In this document: piece by piece, positions 61,441-64,000 of the stretch
Numbering within the stretch: position 1 is the stretch's first letter
Layout: each line of letters opens with the position of its first letter
NCBI GenBank assembly: GCA_963804995.1
Contig: CAWDSK010000002.1
Location: 64,001-128,000, forward strand
Length of the DNA stretch: 64,000 nt
Reading direction: 5' to 3'
Source of the DNA: an uncultured Acidobacteriota bacterium
GTDB lineage: Bacteria > Acidobacteriota > Terriglobia > UBA7540
Notes under the pieces: model-generated
Told to the model about the DNA's origin: nothing
The model's database searches: none
Seen by the model: only the letters and a program-made list of their open reading frames with translations
Translations under genes and position numbers: made by a program

Positions 61441-62556
61441 ATGGAATTTTCTACTAGCAAATCTGATCTCCTCAAAGAGTTGACACTGACTCAGGGAGTC
61501 GTGGAAAAAAAGACGACCATTCCCATCCTCTCCAACCTATTGTTTGAGGTTGAGGAATCCACCCTGCGCATCAGCGCTACGGATCTTGACTTGGGCATTC
61601 GCTGTGGATGTCCCGCCAAGGTGAAAGAGGGTGGTTCGGGGACGATCCCGGCGAAACGGTTGTTTGAAATTGTCCGCTCCTTGCCCGACGCGGAAGTTCG
61701 CTTCAAGGTTCTGGAAAACCACTGGGTACAGGTGACGTGCGAGCGCTCATCCTTCAAATTGGTGGGAATGGCCCGGGATAACTTCCCGGTCCTCCCGGTC
61801 GTCCCCAAACCCCTTGCCACCCTTCCGGCGAGCGTGTGTGGCGGGATGATCCAGAAGACCATCTTCGCAATCTCCAACGAAGAATCCCGATACACCTTGA
61901 ATGGCGCGTTGCTGATCTTGAAGCCGGAAAGCGCCAGCATGGTGGCGACGGATGGGCATCGGCTGGCGCTGGTCGAGCGTGATGTTCAGGTGCAGGGACT
62001 GAAGAATGAGTTGCGTGTTCTGGTGCCCAAGAAAGCGATGGCTGAACTTCTCCGTCTGCTATCGGAAGTCGAAGAGGATACGCCCGTGGATCTTTCGAAA
62101 GATGACAGCCATCTCTTTTTCGAAATTGGCAGCCGCGTCTTGATTTCGCGCATGCTGACCGGGCAGTTCCCCAACTATGAGGCGGTCCTCCCCCGCGACA
62201 ATACCCGGATTGTGGAATTAGACAAGGAGCAGATTGCTGCGGCCATCCGCCGTGTCGCTCTGCTTGCGGATGAACGTTCACATGCCGTGCGCATGCAGGT
62301 GGAAAAGGATCGCGTGGAAATATTCTCCTCCAGTGGCGAGTACGGTGAAGCGCACGAAGTGGTGGACGCCACCTACGACCAGGAATCCATGCAGATTGGT
62401 TTTAACTACCAGTACCTGCTGGATTTCATGGCCGTCGTCGGCGATGGGGGGAAAATCCGGTTGGAGTTGAAAGACGAGCAAAGCGCGGGGCAACTACGCC
62501 CGGCTGAGCAGGGCGCTTATCGGTACCGCTACGTTGTCATGCCCATGCGGATCTAG
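61441..62556 (+). CDS. dnaN: DNA polymerase III beta clamp
   Basis: TIPILSN, SATDLD, VATDGHRLA, YVVMPMR. Confidence 0.98.
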   Translation: MEFSTSKSDLLKELTLTQGVVEKKTTIPILSNLLFEVEESTLRISATDLDLGIRCGCPAKVKEGGSGTIPAKRLFEIVRSLPDAEVRFKVLENHWVQVTCERSSFKLVGMARDNFPVLPVVPKPLATLPASVCGGMIQKTIFAISNEESRYTLNGALLILKPESASMVATDGHRLALVERDVQVQGLKNELRVLVPKKAMAELLRLLSEVEEDTPVDLSKDDSHLFFEIGSRVLISRMLTGQFPNYEAVLPRDNTRIVELDKEQIAAAIRRVALLADERSHAVRMQVEKDRVEIFSSSGEYGEAHEVVDATYDQESMQIGFNYQYLLDFMAVVGDGGKIRLELKDEQSAGQLRPAEQGAYRYRYVVMPMRI

Positions 62557-62564
62557 CCGAAGTT

Positions 62565-62614
62565 GTAGCGTCCCGACCTGTCGGGATACCTGCCGACCTG
62601 AAGGTCGGCGCTAC
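62565..62614. repeat. GTAG-type REP doublet
   Basis: GTAGCGTCCCGACCTGTCGGGA...GCCGACCTGAAGGTCGGCGCTAC. Confidence 0.7.
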
Positions 62615-62793
62615 AAGTGCGGGAAGGCGGCAGCGGGGGAAGCAGGATGCGCAGAGGACCGAAGTGAGAAGGGTCCGCCTGAAACTACCTAACGATTCTC
62701 GAGGGTGTCGGATGGCCAGCGGCCGGCAGGGAATCTTATTCTCCGCCGGCGTTTTCGTCTAAGAGTGAGCCCTTCAGGAGGTTGTCGACCCAC

Positions 62794-64000
62794 GTGAGCA
62801 AGCAGAAGGAGCCAGAAGTAAACGGAGCTCATGCCTATGATGCCACAAGCATCAAGGTGCTGGGTGGGATGGAGGCAGTGCAGAAGCGGCCGGCCATGTA
62901 CATTGGCTCAACCGGGGCCATGGGACTGCATCACCTGGTGTGGGAGGTGGTCGACAACGCCGTGGACGAGGCCTTGGCGGGCTTCTGCGACCTCGTGATC
63001 GTCGTCGTGCACGGCGACAACTCCGTGACCGTGACCGACAACGGGCGCGGCATTCCTGTGGATTTGCACAAAGAGGAGGGCCGCTCCGCCGCGGAAGTCG
63101 TCATGACCGTCCTGCACGCGGGCGGGAAGTTTGATTCCAAGAGCTACAAGGTCTCCGGCGGATTGCACGGCGTAGGCGTTTCGGTGGTAAACGCTCTCTC
63201 GGAGTCGCTCGAACTTGAAATCTGGCGTGACGGTTACACTTGGGAGCAATCGTACGAGCGCGGGAAGCCGCTCGCTCCCCTCAAGCGGGCCGGCAAGACT
63301 GAAAAACGTGGCACCAAAGTAACTTTCCTACCCGACTCCAAAATCTTTGACTCGATCGAATTTAACTTCGATACACTGGCGCAGCGCCTGCGCGAACTCT
63401 CGTTCCTGAATCGGGGCCTGACCATCCGCCTCAAGGACGAGCGCAGCAACAAGCAGAGCGAGTTTCATTACAACGGCGGCATCTCCGAGTTCGTCAAGCA
63501 TCTCAACAAGAACAAAGAGGTGCTGCACGCGACGCCCATCTACGCGGAAATCGACCGCGACGACACCCACATGGAGTTCGCTCTCCAATACAACGACGGC
63601 TATGCGGAAAACGTTTTCTCTTTCGCCAACAACATCAACACCGTGGATGGCGGCACGCACCTCTCCGGCTTCCGTTCCGCCCTGACGCGGGGCATCAATC
63701 AATTTGGTCAGAACCAGGGCCTCTTCAAGGACGTGAAAGAGAACCTGCAGGGTGAGGACGTTCGCGAGGGCTTGGTGGCGGTCATCAGCGTGAAGTTGCC
63801 GCAGCCGCAGTTTGAAGGTCAAACCAAAGGAAAACTCAATAGCGACATCCAGAGCACCGTGGCCAGCTTCGTTTATGAGAAGCTCATGGAAAGTTTCGAG
63901 AAGAATCCCACGGTGGGCCGCAAGATTTGCGCCAAGGCCATCGACGCGTCGCGGGCGCGGGAAGCCGCTCGCAAGGCGCGGGAGCTCACCAGACGCAAAG
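62794..64000 (+). CDS. gyrB: DNA gyrase subunit B, 3'-truncated by window edge
   Basis: [69 protein letters not shown]; absent from ORF track because no stop. Confidence 0.96.
   Translation, partial: MSKQKEPEVNGAHAYDATSIKVLGGMEAVQKRPAMYIGSTGAMGLHHLVWEVVDNAVDEALAGFCDLVIVVVHGDNSVTVTDNGRGIPVDLHKEEGRSAAEVVMTVLHAGGKFDSKSYKVSGGLHGVGVSVVNALSESLELEIWRDGYTWEQSYERGKPLAPLKRAGKTEKRGTKVTFLPDSKIFDSIEFNFDTLAQRLRELSFLNRGLTIRLKDERSNKQSEFHYNGGISEFVKHLNKNKEVLHATPIYAEIDRDDTHMEFALQYNDGYAENVFSFANNINTVDGGTHLSGFRSALTRGINQFGQNQGLFKDVKENLQGEDVREGLVAVISVKLPQPQFEGQTKGKLNSDIQSTVASFVYEKLMESFEKNPTVGRKICAKAIDASRAREAARKARELTRRK

Noticed and set aside
812..63822. Many long antisense or alternate-frame ORFs (e.g. 812..1759, 9562..10935, 17897..18967, 20477..21754, 31560..32561, 46704..47939, 50566..52014)
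   Set aside because: Shadows of well-supported genes in GC-rich DNA; no motifs

Overview
GC-rich bacterial chromosome segment ending in the replication-origin region (dnaA-oriC-dnaN-gyrB). Gene content and repeat style suggest Acidobacteriota/Terriglobia (inference). The first ~29 kb is mostly housekeeping: hisS-aspS-mutL, rho, tig-clpP-clpX-lon, CCA-type nucleotidyltransferase, dinB, prmC-prfA, psd-pssA-asd-lptE. An accessory zone (~29-56 kb) holds a TSUP-cysH sulfur module, a large secreted Ig-repeat protein, an IS4, an IS5, a MITE pair, a type II TA pair, an araB-araD-double SSS operon and a complete group II intron. The two strongest unannotated signals: (1) a classical leader-peptide attenuator with three tandem Cys codons and competing antiterminator/terminator stems upstream of TSUP-cysH; (2) a group II intron inserted precisely inside a GTAG-type REP palindrome, with EBS1 complementary to the REP and an empty matching REP in the window. 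Intergenic DNA carries several nested repeat families, including an unexplained ~180-bp dispersed repeat built on GTGGGAC-A-GTCCCAC. Four frameshifts and several CG>CA changes at conserved residues suggest residual sequencing error.
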